Position numbers and translations under genes: made by a program. From contig JALNYO010000020.1 of NCBI GenBank assembly GCA_023229765.1, forward strand, positions 1,525 to 65,524: DNA of 64,000 nt. The letters are read 5' to 3'. Below are positions 27,332 through 38,400 of the stretch, in pieces. Under the pieces are notes generated by a model. It saw only the letters and a program-made list of their open reading frames with translations. It was not told where the DNA came from and made no database searches. This DNA is from Syntrophales bacterium (GTDB taxonomy: Bacteria > Desulfobacterota > Syntrophia > Syntrophales > UBA5619). Each line of letters starts with the position of its first letter. The stretch's first letter is position 1.

Positions 27332-29064
27332 TTTTTTTTGACTATCGCGTCCCTCATTATCAATTGGATGTTTTCCGCTCCGTTCCAGTCATTAATTTTT
27401 GGGGTAAAGACAATATCGAGCACAGCTTGGCTGATTATGGGCAGGTATTGACCCTTGTTGAACCAGATAGAGTCCCGGGAGATGCCGTTATTACTGACGC
27501 GCATTTTTAAATGGTTGTTTCCGACAATTGCCGGAGATGAAACGCTAACATTTCTGGCGCAGAGGATCGGTTCCTGATTGCCGCTGCCAAAAGGGGCCAG
27601 CATCTGAATTTGTGTAAGCAGTTCATGGTTTATGTCGGCCAGCAGGCACTGGGCGTCAATTGCGGTGCATGAGGCAAATTCCTGTTCCGGACAGCTGTCG
27701 TTGATAATTTCACTTAACTGCTTTGTGAACGGGGCTATATTTTCTTCCTCGATCAGGATGCCGGCCGCATAGCGATGGCCGCCGTAGGCCAGCAGATGCG
27801 ATTCACAACGCTTGATCCCCTCGAAGAGATTAAAATCTGCGGCGCTGCGTCCTGAGCCCTTGCCCAATCCATCTTTGATGCTGATAAGTATCGCCGGTCG
27901 GCCAAAACGGTCCGCTAGTTTTGAGGCGACAATCCCTATCACGCCTGGATGCCAGTCCGGAGAGGAGAAAACCATTGGTTCATTATCACCGGAAGTTGTG
28001 GCCTTTGACACTGTTTCCAGCAGTTGAGCGAAAATCGCTCTTTCCAGTAACTGTCTTTTTTTGTTAAAACCTTCAAGTTTTTGCGCGAGAATGAAAGCCT
28101 CTTCTGAATTTTCGGAAAGGAGCAGTTCGACGGCATTTGCCGCCGACGAAATCCTGCCCGCCGCATTTATCCGGGGGATGAGGGTAAAGGATGCCCTGCT
28201 TGCTTCTATCGGCTTTCCTTCCAGGCCGCAAACCATTTTCAGCGCGCGTATCCCAATTCTTGTGTCCTGCGATATAAGTTCCATACCTATTTTAGCGAAT
28301 ATCCTGTTTTCATCGACCAGCGGGACAACATCGCCAATGGTACCCAACGCAACGAGATCAAGATAGCCCCGCAGATTAGGGCAGTTGCTGTTACTCCAGA
28401 ACCCCTCGGTACGCAGGGCGCCGCGCAGGGCGATCAGGAAATTAAAAACAATGCCGACGGCAGCCAGTTGTTTGAAGGGAAAGCTGCAATCGGAGCGCTT
28501 CGGATTGACGATTGCGTCTGCCGGCGGCAGGGATTCCGAGGGTTCATGGTGATCGAGGATAATAACGTCGATGCCCAGCTCTTTGGCGAGCGCTATTTCC
28601 TCATGATTTGCCATGCCGCAATCAACGGTAACAATAAGCCCCACCCCTTCGGAGTGGAATCTTTTAACGGAGGCAATGTTAAGACCATATCCCTCCGACA
28701 TCCTGTCCGGTATGTAGAAACTTGCATTGCCATGTATTTCGCAAATAAAACGCAAAAGCACTACGACCGAGGTTATTCCGTCTGCGTCGTAATCGCCAAA
28801 AACAACGATTTTTTTCTTTTGATGGAAAGCGGTGATAAACCGCTCAACGGCCTTTTTCATGTCCCGCATTAAAAAAGGATTATGAAGATCGTGAAGGGAA
28901 GGGGACAGGTAATGTCTGATTTCTTCAGTAGTGCCGATGTCACGATTGATAATGATTCCGGAAACGATAGGGCTTATTCCCAGATCCCGAACGAGCAGAT
29001 ACTGAGCTTCCCTGTTTTCTTCCCGCAAATGCCAGCGGGTTGTCGGGAGATCATGAACGGACAT
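27328..29064 (-). CDS. recJ: Single-stranded-DNA-specific exonuclease RecJ
   Basis: DHH family motifs (VFGDYDADGITS, TVDCG, ILDHHE) and a DHHA1 region. Start set at the ATG at 29064 (MSVHDLPTTRW). Confidence 0.9.
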   Translation of the reverse strand: MSVHDLPTTRWHLREENREAQYLLVRDLGISPIVSGIIINRDIGTTEEIRHYLSPSLHDLHNPFLMRDMKKAVERFITAFHQKKKIVVFGDYDADGITSVVVLLRFICEIHGNASFYIPDRMSEGYGLNIASVKRFHSEGVGLIVTVDCGMANHEEIALAKELGIDVIILDHHEPSESLPPADAIVNPKRSDCSFPFKQLAAVGIVFNFLIALRGALRTEGFWSNSNCPNLRGYLDLVALGTIGDVVPLVDENRIFAKIGMELISQDTRIGIRALKMVCGLEGKPIEASRASFTLIPRINAAGRISSAANAVELLLSENSEEAFILAQKLEGFNKKRQLLERAIFAQLLETVSKATTSGDNEPMVFSSPDWHPGVIGIVASKLADRFGRPAILISIKDGLGKGSGRSAADFNLFEGIKRCESHLLAYGGHRYAAGILIEEENIAPFTKQLSEIINDSCPEQEFASCTAIDAQCLLADINHELLTQIQMLAPFGSGNQEPILCARNVSVSSPAIVGNNHLKMRVSNNGISRDSIWFNKGQYLPIISQAVLDIVFTPKINDWNGAENIQLIMRDAIVKKN

Positions 29065-29173
29065 TTCACTCCGCTTGAAAAAGCATGATAAACATATCGG
29101 TAAAATAACCGAGAAAGGCCGGGGCAACTATAATCAAGTTCCCCCGGCCTTTTGTGGTTCTTGAATGATATTC

Positions 29174-29371
29174 TTAAACAATTTTTTTGACAAAACCGGA
29201 CCGGATGCAGCGGGTACAAACCTTAACCTGCTTGACCCCTCCTGATTTATCGTCAACGCAACGGATCTTCTGGAGATTTGGTTGCCAGACCTTGGAATGC
29301 TTGTTATTGGCATGGCTTACCTTATGGCCCTTCAACGACTTCTTCCCACATACTTCACAAACTCTTGACAT
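29174..29371 (-). CDS. rpmB: 50S ribosomal protein L28
   Basis: [11 protein letters not shown]...[10 protein letters not shown]...W.PNLQ is a canonical L28. Confidence 0.95.
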   Translation of the reverse strand: MSRVCEVCGKKSLKGHKVSHANNKHSKVWQPNLQKIRCVDDKSGGVKQVKVCTRCIRSGFVKKIV

Positions 29372-29436
29372 AGCCGAACTCCTTATTGAAATGTTGGGTG
29401 CACTTAAATCATATTGGTCAGAAATGCAAGCATTTT

Positions 29437-30885
29437 TTAATCATTAGTAAGGGAAGGGGGCTGGCCGGTAGCTTCCAGAACCCTCATCCAGATATTTCCA
29501 AGGGGATCGAGCTGCGTGCCGGAACCAATCATCTTGAGGGGAATATGGACGTATTCATCCTTCACCATGCCTACAATTATCCCTGTTTTCCCTGCCATTC
29601 CAGCATGAACGGCATATTGTCCGAGGGCACCGCAGTAGCGGCTGTCACTGGCGTTTGCCGGAACGCTGCGGATCATGTAGCTGGGGTCGATATACTTAAT
29701 GTTAACTTCAATGCCTGTTTTTTCAAAGTGATCAGCAATTTCTTTTTTCAGGAAGGCGCCGATGTCATGCAGCCGGGGGTTGCCCGAGGCGTCTGTCTCA
29801 ATAGTCAACTGTCGCCGGTTGGCCGGATATGGACAAGTTGCCCCCTGCAAAGGGCTGCAGAGGGCAGGGTCCCCCCTTTTCCAGTCCTGAGACATGATGT
29901 CCTGTCCTGCGCCTTCGGCGACAAGAAGAACACAATGGGCGCTTTCTTTCAGCCTTTTTTCGATTTGCCTGAGCAGCCCCTTTTCACCATCCAAATCAAA
30001 GGGAACCTCCGGGATAAGAACAAAATTTACATCATTTTGTGCCAAAGCGGCGCTTGCCGCAATATGGCCGGCTTCCCGTCCCATGATCTTGACAAGGCCA
30101 ATTCCATTGGGCGCTCCCTTAGCCTCTACATGGGCGCACTGGATTGCCTTGACCGATTCGGAAACGGCTGTATCGAAGCCGAATGACTGCTGTATCAGGT
30201 TCAGGTCGTTGTCAATAGTCTTAGGTATCCCGACAACCCCAATATTCAGACCGCGGCGCGCAATCTCTTCGCAGATGCCCTCCGTTCCCCGTATGGTACC
30301 GTCTCCGCCTATTGTGAAAAGCAGGTCAATGTTCATTCTTTTCAGGGCGTTCACCATCTCGTCTATATCCTGACGTCCCCGGGAGGAGGAGAGAATTGAT
30401 CCCCCCAGGTTATTGATGTCTTTTACGACATCGGGCGTGAGCTGAATTACCGGATGGCCGTATTTATGAATAAATCCCTGAAATCCATACTTGATGCCAA
30501 TAACATTTTGAACGCCATAGCGATAATAAAGTTCCATAACCAACGAGCGGATAACATCATTTATGCCGGGGCAAAGCCCGCCGCAGGTAACAATGGCGGC
30601 TTTTGTTTTGGAGGGATCGAAGAATATTTTCTCACGCGGTCCGGCCATCTCAAAGGAAAGCGGCAAGCCCTCCGGCGATTTCAGGGAATCAAACTCGTTC
30701 AGATAGGTATTGAAAAGCAATCTCCTTTCTTCGGGAACAAAATAGCTGACGTTTACAGGAGACGGGATGGTGCATTCGCCGAGAGCATGTATCGTAAAAT
30801 CATAAACGATGTCTGTTTTATGAACATTAAGCTTAGCATTGTAAACATTAAACTCCGTTTTGCGAACATTAAACTCCGTTTTCAT
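29437..30885 (-). CDS. pfk: 6-phosphofructokinase (long ATP/PPi-type), N-terminus built from the 21-bp repeat
   Basis: [19 protein letters not shown] and PKTIDND motifs. The ATG at 30885 is preceded by an AGGGAGA RBS. No other start codon precedes the conserved core. Confidence 0.85.
   Translation of the reverse strand: MKTEFNVRKTEFNVYNAKLNVHKTDIVYDFTIHALGECTIPSPVNVSYFVPEERRLLFNTYLNEFDSLKSPEGLPLSFEMAGPREKIFFDPSKTKAAIVTCGGLCPGINDVIRSLVMELYYRYGVQNVIGIKYGFQGFIHKYGHPVIQLTPDVVKDINNLGGSILSSSRGRQDIDEMVNALKRMNIDLLFTIGGDGTIRGTEGICEEIARRGLNIGVVGIPKTIDNDLNLIQQSFGFDTAVSESVKAIQCAHVEAKGAPNGIGLVKIMGREAGHIAASAALAQNDVNFVLIPEVPFDLDGEKGLLRQIEKRLKESAHCVLLVAEGAGQDIMSQDWKRGDPALCSPLQGATCPYPANRRQLTIETDASGNPRLHDIGAFLKKEIADHFEKTGIEVNIKYIDPSYMIRSVPANASDSRYCGALGQYAVHAGMAGKTGIIVGMVKDEYVHIPLKMIGSGTQLDPLGNIWMRVLEATGQPPSLTND
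30820..30882 (+). repeat. 21-bp repeat, locus D (3 degenerate tandem copies, inside the pfk 5' coding region)
   Basis: Units are ATGAACATTAAGCTTAGCATT, GTAAACATTAAACTCCGTTTT and GCGAACATTAAACTCCGTTTT. Hand counts give 16-17 of 21 matches to the canonical unit. Confidence 0.7.
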
Positions 30886-30899
30886 GCTATGAGTCTCCC

Positions 30900-31610
30900 T
30901 TAAGTTATTGTCAAAGGCGGGTTGATAAGGGCTGTATCCTCACGCCGGGTGGAGTTAAGAATGCACACCTTGCGGCCATTTATCTCTATTCTGCCTTCAG
31001 CGTAGTACTGGATGGCCTGGGGATAGATACGATGCTCCTCTGCCAAAATGCGTTTTGAGAGGCTGCTTGCATCATCATCGTCATAAACCGGAACTACAGC
31101 TTGGATAATTACGGGACCGGAATCTACTCCTTCATCGGCAAAATGAACGGTGCATCCGGAAAATTTCACCCCATAATCGATAGCCTTCTGCTGGACATGG
31201 AGTCCTGAAAAAGCGGGAAGGAGAGCCGGGTGGATATTAATTATTTTCATCGGGAAGGCGCGAAAAAAGAGGGGAGTCAGTATTCGCATGAACCCTGCCA
31301 TCACAACAAGTTCGACTCCCGAGGCTTTGAGGATTTCAATCACGCGTCTGTCAAAATCCTCTCTCGCCGCAAAGCGACGATGATCGACTACCGCCGTGGG
31401 AATATTATGTTTTCGACACCTCTCCAAGGCGTAGGCGCATGGATTGTTGCTGATCACTACGCTAATCTGGCCGTCGAGTTTTTTGTTTTCTATATTTTCT
31501 ATAAGGGACTGGAGATTTGAACCGTTTCCCGAAACAAGAACGCCAAGGACAGTCTTGCGCCGTGCCTCTCTTACCCCTTGAGTTTCAGATGAAGTAAACT
31601 GATCGGTCAT
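30900..31610 (-). CDS. purN: Phosphoribosylglycinamide formyltransferase
   Basis: VLVSGNGSNLQ and INIHPALLP motifs. It overlaps the purM 3' end by 26 nt if the ATG at 31610 is used. Confidence 0.9.
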   Translation of the reverse strand: MTDQFTSSETQGVREARRKTVLGVLVSGNGSNLQSLIENIENKKLDGQISVVISNNPCAYALERCRKHNIPTAVVDHRRFAAREDFDRRVIEILKASGVELVVMAGFMRILTPLFFRAFPMKIINIHPALLPAFSGLHVQQKAIDYGVKFSGCTVHFADEGVDSGPVIIQAVVPVYDDDDASSLSKRILAEEHRIYPQAIQYYAEGRIEINGRKVCILNSTRREDTALINPPLTIT

Positions 31611-32628
31611 CTTTCCCTCTCATTTCAATTTCTCCTAAGGCATAGCCGTGCTCACCCATTTTATCCAGCCGGTCGATAATCTCTGCTTCATCATTTTTTG
31701 CGACAATCAGGACCATTCCGATCCCCATGTTGAACACCCGAAACATCTCTTCATCATCGATCTTGCCGATGTCGCGGAGTAAATCAAAAATCGGCAGGGT
31801 GGGCCAGCTTCCTCTGCGAATTACGCTGCAGCACTGAGCAGGGATAATGCGGGGGATGTTTTCGGTAAAGCCCCCTCCGGTAATATGCACAATTCCGTGG
31901 ATTTGGAAATTTTTGATCAGATTGAGAATAGGTTTTACGTAAATTTTGGTTGGGGTGAGGAGCTCGAGCCCCAATGACTGGTCAAAACCGGCTATTTTGG
32001 CGGATGGTTTCAGTTTCCCTTCGTCAAAGAGGATGCGCCGCACCAGTGAAAAGCCATTGCTGTGCAACCCGGAGGATGCTATTCCGATAATCCGGTCGCC
32101 GACGCGGATTTCGGATCCGTCGATCAGCTTATCAGCTTCGACAACGCCGACGCAAAAACCGGCAAGATCATACTCGCCGTTTGGATAGAAACCCGGCATC
32201 TCCGCCGTTTCCCCGCCGAGCAGCGAGCAGCCGGCATCCTGACAACCCGTGACGATTCCTTCAACAATTTGAACGCTTTTATCTACATCCAGCTTGCCGC
32301 ATGCTATGTAGTCGAGAAAAAAGAGCGGCTCCGCTCCCTGAACAATGATGTCGTTTACCGACATCGCAACAAGGTCGATTCCGACCGTATCATGCTTGTC
32401 CATCAATTGCGCGATTTTGAGTTTGGTGCCTACGCCGTCCGTGGAAGAGACAAGCAGAGGGTCTTTTATTTTCCCCGTATCGAGGTGGAAAAGGCCGCCG
32501 AAACCGCCAATTCCACTCATCATTTCCCTGCGGGTGGTGTTTTTTATCAGAGGTTTTATTCTCTCGACAAAGGAATTGCCCGCATCAATGTCAACTCCAG
32601 ATTTTCTGTAAGTAAGTTTGTCTGTCAT
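31585..32628 (-). CDS. purM: Phosphoribosylformylglycinamidine cyclo-ligase (AIR synthetase)
   Basis: LTYRKSGVDIDAGN, GGFGGLF and DGVGTK motifs. Confidence 0.95.
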   Translation of the reverse strand: MTDKLTYRKSGVDIDAGNSFVERIKPLIKNTTRREMMSGIGGFGGLFHLDTGKIKDPLLVSSTDGVGTKLKIAQLMDKHDTVGIDLVAMSVNDIIVQGAEPLFFLDYIACGKLDVDKSVQIVEGIVTGCQDAGCSLLGGETAEMPGFYPNGEYDLAGFCVGVVEADKLIDGSEIRVGDRIIGIASSGLHSNGFSLVRRILFDEGKLKPSAKIAGFDQSLGLELLTPTKIYVKPILNLIKNFQIHGIVHITGGGFTENIPRIIPAQCCSVIRRGSWPTLPIFDLLRDIGKIDDEEMFRVFNMGIGMVLIVAKNDEAEIIDRLDKMGEHGYALGEIEMRGKDDRSVYFI

Positions 32629-32665
32629 TCAGCTTCTCTCCCCAAACGATAATTTAAAAATCCTT

Positions 32666-32692
32666 AAATCGCAGATTAATGTTCATAAATCG
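32666..32692 (-). repeat. 21-bp repeat, locus E (1 copy with one mismatch plus a 6-nt partial)
   Basis: AAATCGCAGATTAATGTTCAT followed by AAATCG, 38 nt upstream of the purM start. Confidence 0.85.
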
Positions 32693-32803
32693 CCGGCCGT
32701 TTATTATCTTAGCTTTATCATAAAGTCAATTATTTACTTGTCTCTAAATGTATAATATGCTAAAAAGACTAACGTTTGTTAAGTTATCTCTATAAATTTC
32801 CTC

Positions 32804-35275
32804 ATGTCCGCGGCCAGGGTAAAGATGGAGCCATTATTAAAAATCATCGAAAAAATGGAGGCGCCGCTTTTTTTTGCAGCATGGAACTCTTACAGCCGCC
32901 TGTCGCTTGTCGAAAATCTCGGCGAGGCGATGACGTCTCTTCTGAAGCAGCTCCGAGGAGCTGTCAATCCCAAGGGCAATAAACTTACCCGGATTAAGGA
33001 TAGGGATGCCATCATCAATGAACTTTCAAGGCTGTTTCTCGATTATGATGGGTCAGGCGCCGAAGAGAAGAAAGTACGGATAGATAATGCAGTCAAAGCG
33101 CTTGCTGATTTGAAAGGCATTCTGCAAAGAGATTCTGATAGTGAAAATGGAAAAGGTGGGGAGGGGGCGTTACGTGTGCAAACTGCCCTTTCCCTTCCTA
33201 TTACTTCTATCTCCGGGGTGGGACCGAGGATGGCCGCTCTTTTCACCCGTAAAGATATAAAAACGATAGAGGAGCTTCTCTACTTTCTCCCTCGCCGCTA
33301 CGAAGACCGCCGGAATATTTCCCTGATCGCGGAAACTGTTCCTGGAGTAAAGCAGATTGTCGTAGGCAGAGTCGTGCATGCTGAGCTGCGTTTCTATGGC
33401 AGGAAAAAGGTGTTCGAAGCTCTAATCGAGGACTCTTCCGGGGTTATAAAGGCCAAATGGTTTAAAGGACAGGAACTGTTTTTTCGTAATGCCTTTAAGC
33501 CAAACGCCCGCGTCATCCTTGCCGGCGTGATTGTCGGGTTTCCTTTTGAACGGGAAATAATCCATCCTGATTTCGAGATTCTCAGCGAAGGTGAGGATCA
33601 GCTCCTCCACTTCAAGAGGATTGTGCCGATCTATTCCGAAACAGCCGGGCTTCCCCAAAAAACTATTCGGCGGATAACGTGGCGAGCTATGCGCGACTTT
33701 GCGCCCCTCATGATGAGCCCGATCCCTGAAAATATAATCAAAAGCCGCTCCCTGATGGATTTTCGCAATGCTTTTCGTATGGTCCATTTCCCCGATAACG
33801 ACCACAATATCGATGACTATCAACAGATGCATTCGGCGGCCCATCGGCGGCTCATCTATGATGAGTTTTTCTTTTTTCAACTGGGAATGGCCTTGAGAAA
33901 AAAGGGACAGCTTCTCGAAAAGGGCATTTCTTTCAACGTCAATCCGGAGATGCTGCGCAATCTCTACAATATCCTCCCTTTTTCTCTAACCGGCGCCCAA
34001 AGTCGCACTATCGCGGAAATCGGGAAAGACATGGCCTCTCCGTTGCCTATGAACAGGCTTTTACAGGGGGATGTGGGCTCCGGAAAGACAATTGTTGCGA
34101 CTGTCGCTGCCGTGGTTGCCTGTGCGAATGGATATCAGACGGCAATTATGGCCCCGACCGAAATTCTTGCCGAACAGCACTACCGCAATATATCTGAATT
34201 GTTGGATAAGCTGGGAATCAAATGCGAGCTGCTGACCGGCAATCTGTCGGCGCCCCAAAAGGCGGAGGTTCTGGAGAAAATAGAAAACGGACGGAGTGGG
34301 TTTGTAGTAGGCACACATGCCCTGATTCAGGGCAAGGTTGTTTTTAAAAAGTTGGGGCTCGTTGTGATCGATGAACAGCACCGCTTCGGCGTCGTTCAGA
34401 GGGCAGCCCTCCGCAAAAAAGGGCAAATTCCCGATGTCCTGGTCATGACCGCAACCCCCATCCCCCGCACCCTGGCAATGACGGTTTATGGCGATCTGGA
34501 CGTCTCGATTATCGATGAAATGCCCCCCGGAAAACAGCCAACGCGGACGAAGGTTTTTTCGGAAGCGCAACGGTCGCGCGTTTATGAAATTATCCGCCGT
34601 GAGGTTAAAAAAGGCAATCAGGTGTTCATTGTCTATCCCCTGGTAGAAGCTTCAGAAAATCTTGACCTTAAGGATGCCGTTTGTATGGCGGAACACCTCC
34701 ACAAGAATGTTTTTCCGGAGCTGAACGTCGGCCTTGTCCATGGCCGGATGAAAGGTAAGGAAAAAGAGCAGGTTATGAGTGATTTTGTCGGGATGAAAAT
34801 AAACATTCTCGTCGCGACAACGGTCATTGAAGTTGGGATTGACATTCCCGCCGCGTCGCTGATGGTAATCGAACACGCGGAGCGGTTCGGGCTATCCCAG
34901 CTTCACCAGCTGAGGGGGCGTGTGGGCCGGGGCGGTGCTCCGTCTTACTGCATCCTGCTTGTTCAGAAGCCTTCCTCTGAAGACGCCCGCAAAAGATTGC
35001 GCATTATGGAGGAGACTAACGACGGCTTCCGCATTGCCGAAGAGGATCTGGCTATACGGGGGCCGGGTGAATTCATGGGAACCAGACAATCCGGCCTTCC
35101 CGATTTCAGGATAGCCAACATCGCACGGGATGGCAGGATTCTCTCTGAGGCGAAGGAAGATGCCTTTTCGGTTGTGGATAATGATCCGTATCTGACAGAC
35201 CCGAATCACTCTGAACTCCGGGATGTCCTGCTGCGCAGATGGGAAGGCAGACTGTCCCTGGCGAAAACCGGATAG
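32804..35275 (+). CDS. recG: ATP-dependent DNA helicase RecG
   Basis: Wedge/OB region, helicase motifs GDVGSGKT and DEQHRFG, C-terminal QLRGRVGRG. The start could instead be the ATG at 32825. Confidence 0.9.
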   Translation: MSAARVKMEPLLKIIEKMEAPLFFAAWNSYSRLSLVENLGEAMTSLLKQLRGAVNPKGNKLTRIKDRDAIINELSRLFLDYDGSGAEEKKVRIDNAVKALADLKGILQRDSDSENGKGGEGALRVQTALSLPITSISGVGPRMAALFTRKDIKTIEELLYFLPRRYEDRRNISLIAETVPGVKQIVVGRVVHAELRFYGRKKVFEALIEDSSGVIKAKWFKGQELFFRNAFKPNARVILAGVIVGFPFEREIIHPDFEILSEGEDQLLHFKRIVPIYSETAGLPQKTIRRITWRAMRDFAPLMMSPIPENIIKSRSLMDFRNAFRMVHFPDNDHNIDDYQQMHSAAHRRLIYDEFFFFQLGMALRKKGQLLEKGISFNVNPEMLRNLYNILPFSLTGAQSRTIAEIGKDMASPLPMNRLLQGDVGSGKTIVATVAAVVACANGYQTAIMAPTEILAEQHYRNISELLDKLGIKCELLTGNLSAPQKAEVLEKIENGRSGFVVGTHALIQGKVVFKKLGLVVIDEQHRFGVVQRAALRKKGQIPDVLVMTATPIPRTLAMTVYGDLDVSIIDEMPPGKQPTRTKVFSEAQRSRVYEIIRREVKKGNQVFIVYPLVEASENLDLKDAVCMAEHLHKNVFPELNVGLVHGRMKGKEKEQVMSDFVGMKINILVATTVIEVGIDIPAASLMVIEHAERFGLSQLHQLRGRVGRGGAPSYCILLVQKPSSEDARKRLRIMEETNDGFRIAEEDLAIRGPGEFMGTRQSGLPDFRIANIARDGRILSEAKEDAFSVVDNDPYLTDPNHSELRDVLLRRWEGRLSLAKTG

Positions 35276-35326
35276 CTCTGGGTCTTAGGCACGGGGCGCA
35301 TTTCTGATTTCCTCTATTGCGAATGT

Positions 35327-35350
35327 AAACTGCGCTTGACAGGGCAGTTT
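35327..35350. promoter_or_regulatory. 7-bp inverted repeat (AAACTGC/GCAGTTT) bracketing a TTGACA hexamer upstream of the hdr cluster
   Basis: Read directly from the sequence. No convincing -10 hexamer was found. Confidence 0.2.
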
Positions 35351-35441
35351 AATTATGGTTAAAAATTCAAATTAGGTCTGCCATTTTATCAGATATTTTT
35401 TGCCATGGCGTTTATTAAAAAAATCAACGAGGCTTAGATCA

Positions 35442-38400
35442 GTGCTGAAAGATAACGAAAAAGTAGGCGCGGTAATGGTGGTCGGTTCGGGGATCGCGGG
35501 CATTCAGGCTTCCCTCGATTTAGCGAATTCGGGAATAAAAGTTTACCTGGTGGAAAACGGGATCAGTGTCGGCGGCGTAATGGCGCAGCTCGATAAAACT
35601 TTTCCGACAAATGACTGTTCCGCCTGCATATTGTCGCCCAAGCTGGTGGAAGTAGGCCGCCATCCCAATGTCGATATAATGACGCGGCGCACGGTGGAAA
35701 CAGTCGAGGGCGAACCGGGGCACTTTAAAATAAAAATGACTCGCGCCCCGCGCTTTGTTAATCTCGATAAATGCACCGGTTGCGGTGATTGCGCCAATGT
35801 CTGCCCGGTTTCCGTTTTGTCCGGGTTTAACGGTGATTTAAGTGAACGAAAGGCGATTTACCGCCATTTCCCCCAGGCGATTCCCAGCGCCTTTGCCATT
35901 GACAAGCTTGGAACTTCTCCCTGTAAAGCCGCTTGCCCCGCACATATCAGCGTGCAGGGCTATATAGCTCTCATTGCCGCCGGCAAATACCGCGAAGCGC
36001 TGAAACTCATTAAAAATGATAATCCGTTCCCCTCGGTTTGCGGCCGCGTCTGTAACCATCCCTGTGAAACAGCCTGTAAAAGGGGCGAGGTCGAGCAACC
36101 TGTTGATATTATGCACTTGAAGCGGTTTGTTGCCGATCTGGATTTGAACGATGCCTCCAAATTTATTCCCGAAATAGCGGAAAAGAAAAACAAGAAGGTG
36201 GCGATTGTCGGCGCCGGCCCGGCCGGTCTTACCGCCGCCTATTACCTGGCCATCGAAGGTTATGACATTGAAGTCTTTGAAGCGCTTCCGGTAGCGGGAG
36301 GCTGGCTGGCAGTCGGCATCCCTGAATATCGTCTCCCGAAAAATATCTTCAACGCCGAAATCAGAATCATAGAGGATCTGGGCGTTAAAATAAAATTGAA
36401 TACCCGTGTCGGCATAGATGTCACGCTTGCCGAACTTAAAAATAACCATGATGCCGTATTCATCGGCTGCGGTTCGCATATCAGCTCCAAACTCGACATT
36501 CCCGGCGAGGATTTGGAAGGCGTTATTCACGGCATTGATTACCTGAAGAGGGTTAATCTCGGCGACAAAATATTCCTGGGTAACCGTGTTGCGGTAGTCG
36601 GAGGCGGAAATGTCGCAATGGATGCTGTCCGCACGGCAATTCGCACCGGCTCCAGGGAAGTCTTCATTCTTTACCGCCGGACGAGGGACGAAATGCCCGC
36701 GGCGCCGGATGAAATTGAAGAGGCGCTGGAAGAGGGAATAAGGATGGAATTTCTGGCGGCGCCGGTTAGGATTATCGGCAATAACGGCCGTGTCACCGCC
36801 GTTGAGTGTCTCCGCATGGAATTGGGCGAACCCGATGCCAGCGGAAGACGCCGTCCCGTGCCCATCAAAGGTTCGGAGTTTACCATAGAAGTTGATGCTG
36901 TTGTCCCGGCAATCGGCCAGGCCAACGAACTATCCTTCATCAGCAAGGAGAGCGGCATAACCATTAATAAATGGAATAACATTGACGCGGATGCCGTAAC
37001 CTTCGCAACCAGTGTGCCGGGAATTTTCGCGGGCGGCGACGTTACAACCGGGCCTGCAACGGCTGTCAAAGCTATTAATGCCGGAAAACAGGCGGCGATT
37101 TCCATTAGTCGTTATCTGAATGGCGGGGACCTCGGGGCGGGACGCGCCCATGACTGGACAAAAGGCCTGGCGGATCATGGCGACAACAGCAAGGTCAAAA
37201 AAGTCAAACGCGTTGAGTATCCACTGATGGAGGTCAAGAAAAGGAAATCAAATTTTGATGAGGTAGGCCTTGGTTTCACCGAAGAGCAGGCCAAAGCCGA
37301 AGCGGCGCGGTGTCTTTCCTGCGGCATCTGTTCGGAATGTTATCAATGCGTTGATGCCTGTCTTGCCAAGGCAATCGACCACGATATGATTTTTGAAGAA
37401 GAAACAATTGATGTCGGCGCTGTCATTGCCTCCCCAGGTTTTGAGATTTTTGACGCCCGGCTGCGTGGTGAATACGGCTACGGCATTTATAAAAATGTTG
37501 TCTCCAGCATTCAGTTTGAACGGATTCTTTCCGCTTCCGGCCCTTTCTTCGGGCATGTGCAGAGAATTTCCGACGGCAAAGAGCCCAGGAAGATCGCCTT
37601 CATTCAGTGCGTCGGTTCCCGCGACACCTCCTGCAACAACAGTTGGTGCTCTTCTGTATGTTGCATGTACGCGACGAAGGAAGCGATTATCGGCAAGGAG
37701 CACGCCAATGGGCTGGATGCTACCATTTTCTACATGGATATTCGCGCCCACGGCAAGGATTTTGATCGCTTTGTCAATCGTGCCAAAGAAGAATACGGCA
37801 TCCGTTACATCCGTTCGCTGCCTTCGGTTATTAAAGAATTACAGCAGACGAACAATTTGCTGATCACTTACGTAAAACCCGACGGCACACTGGTGGAAGA
37901 AGAATTTGACATGGTCGTTCTTTCCGTCGGACTCACGCCGCCCAAAGAAGCCAATAAACTCTCCGCCAGTCTTGGCATCGAACTGGAAAAGCACGGTTTC
38001 TGCAAAACCACCATGGAAAACCCGGTGCAGACGTCGCGCCCAGGCGTCTTTGTCTGCGGCGCTTTCGGTGGGCCTAAGGACATTCCCGAGACGGTCATGG
38101 AAGCGAGCGCTGCTGCTGCCTGTGCGGAAGGCCTGCTGGCCGCCAAACGCGGCACGCTGACGATCGCCGAGGAGATGCCCGAGGAAAAGGATTTGCGCGG
38201 CCAGGCAGTCCGCACCGGTGTTTTTGTCTGCCATTGCGGCATCAATATCGGCGGTGTTGTCGATGTTCCATCCGTCAGGGATTATGCGTCAACCCTGCCG
38301 TCGGTTGTTTATGCTGCGGACAATCTCTTCACCTGTTCCCAGGATACGGCGGTCAAGATGGCGGAAGTCATCAAGGAACATAATTTGACGAGGGTAGTCG

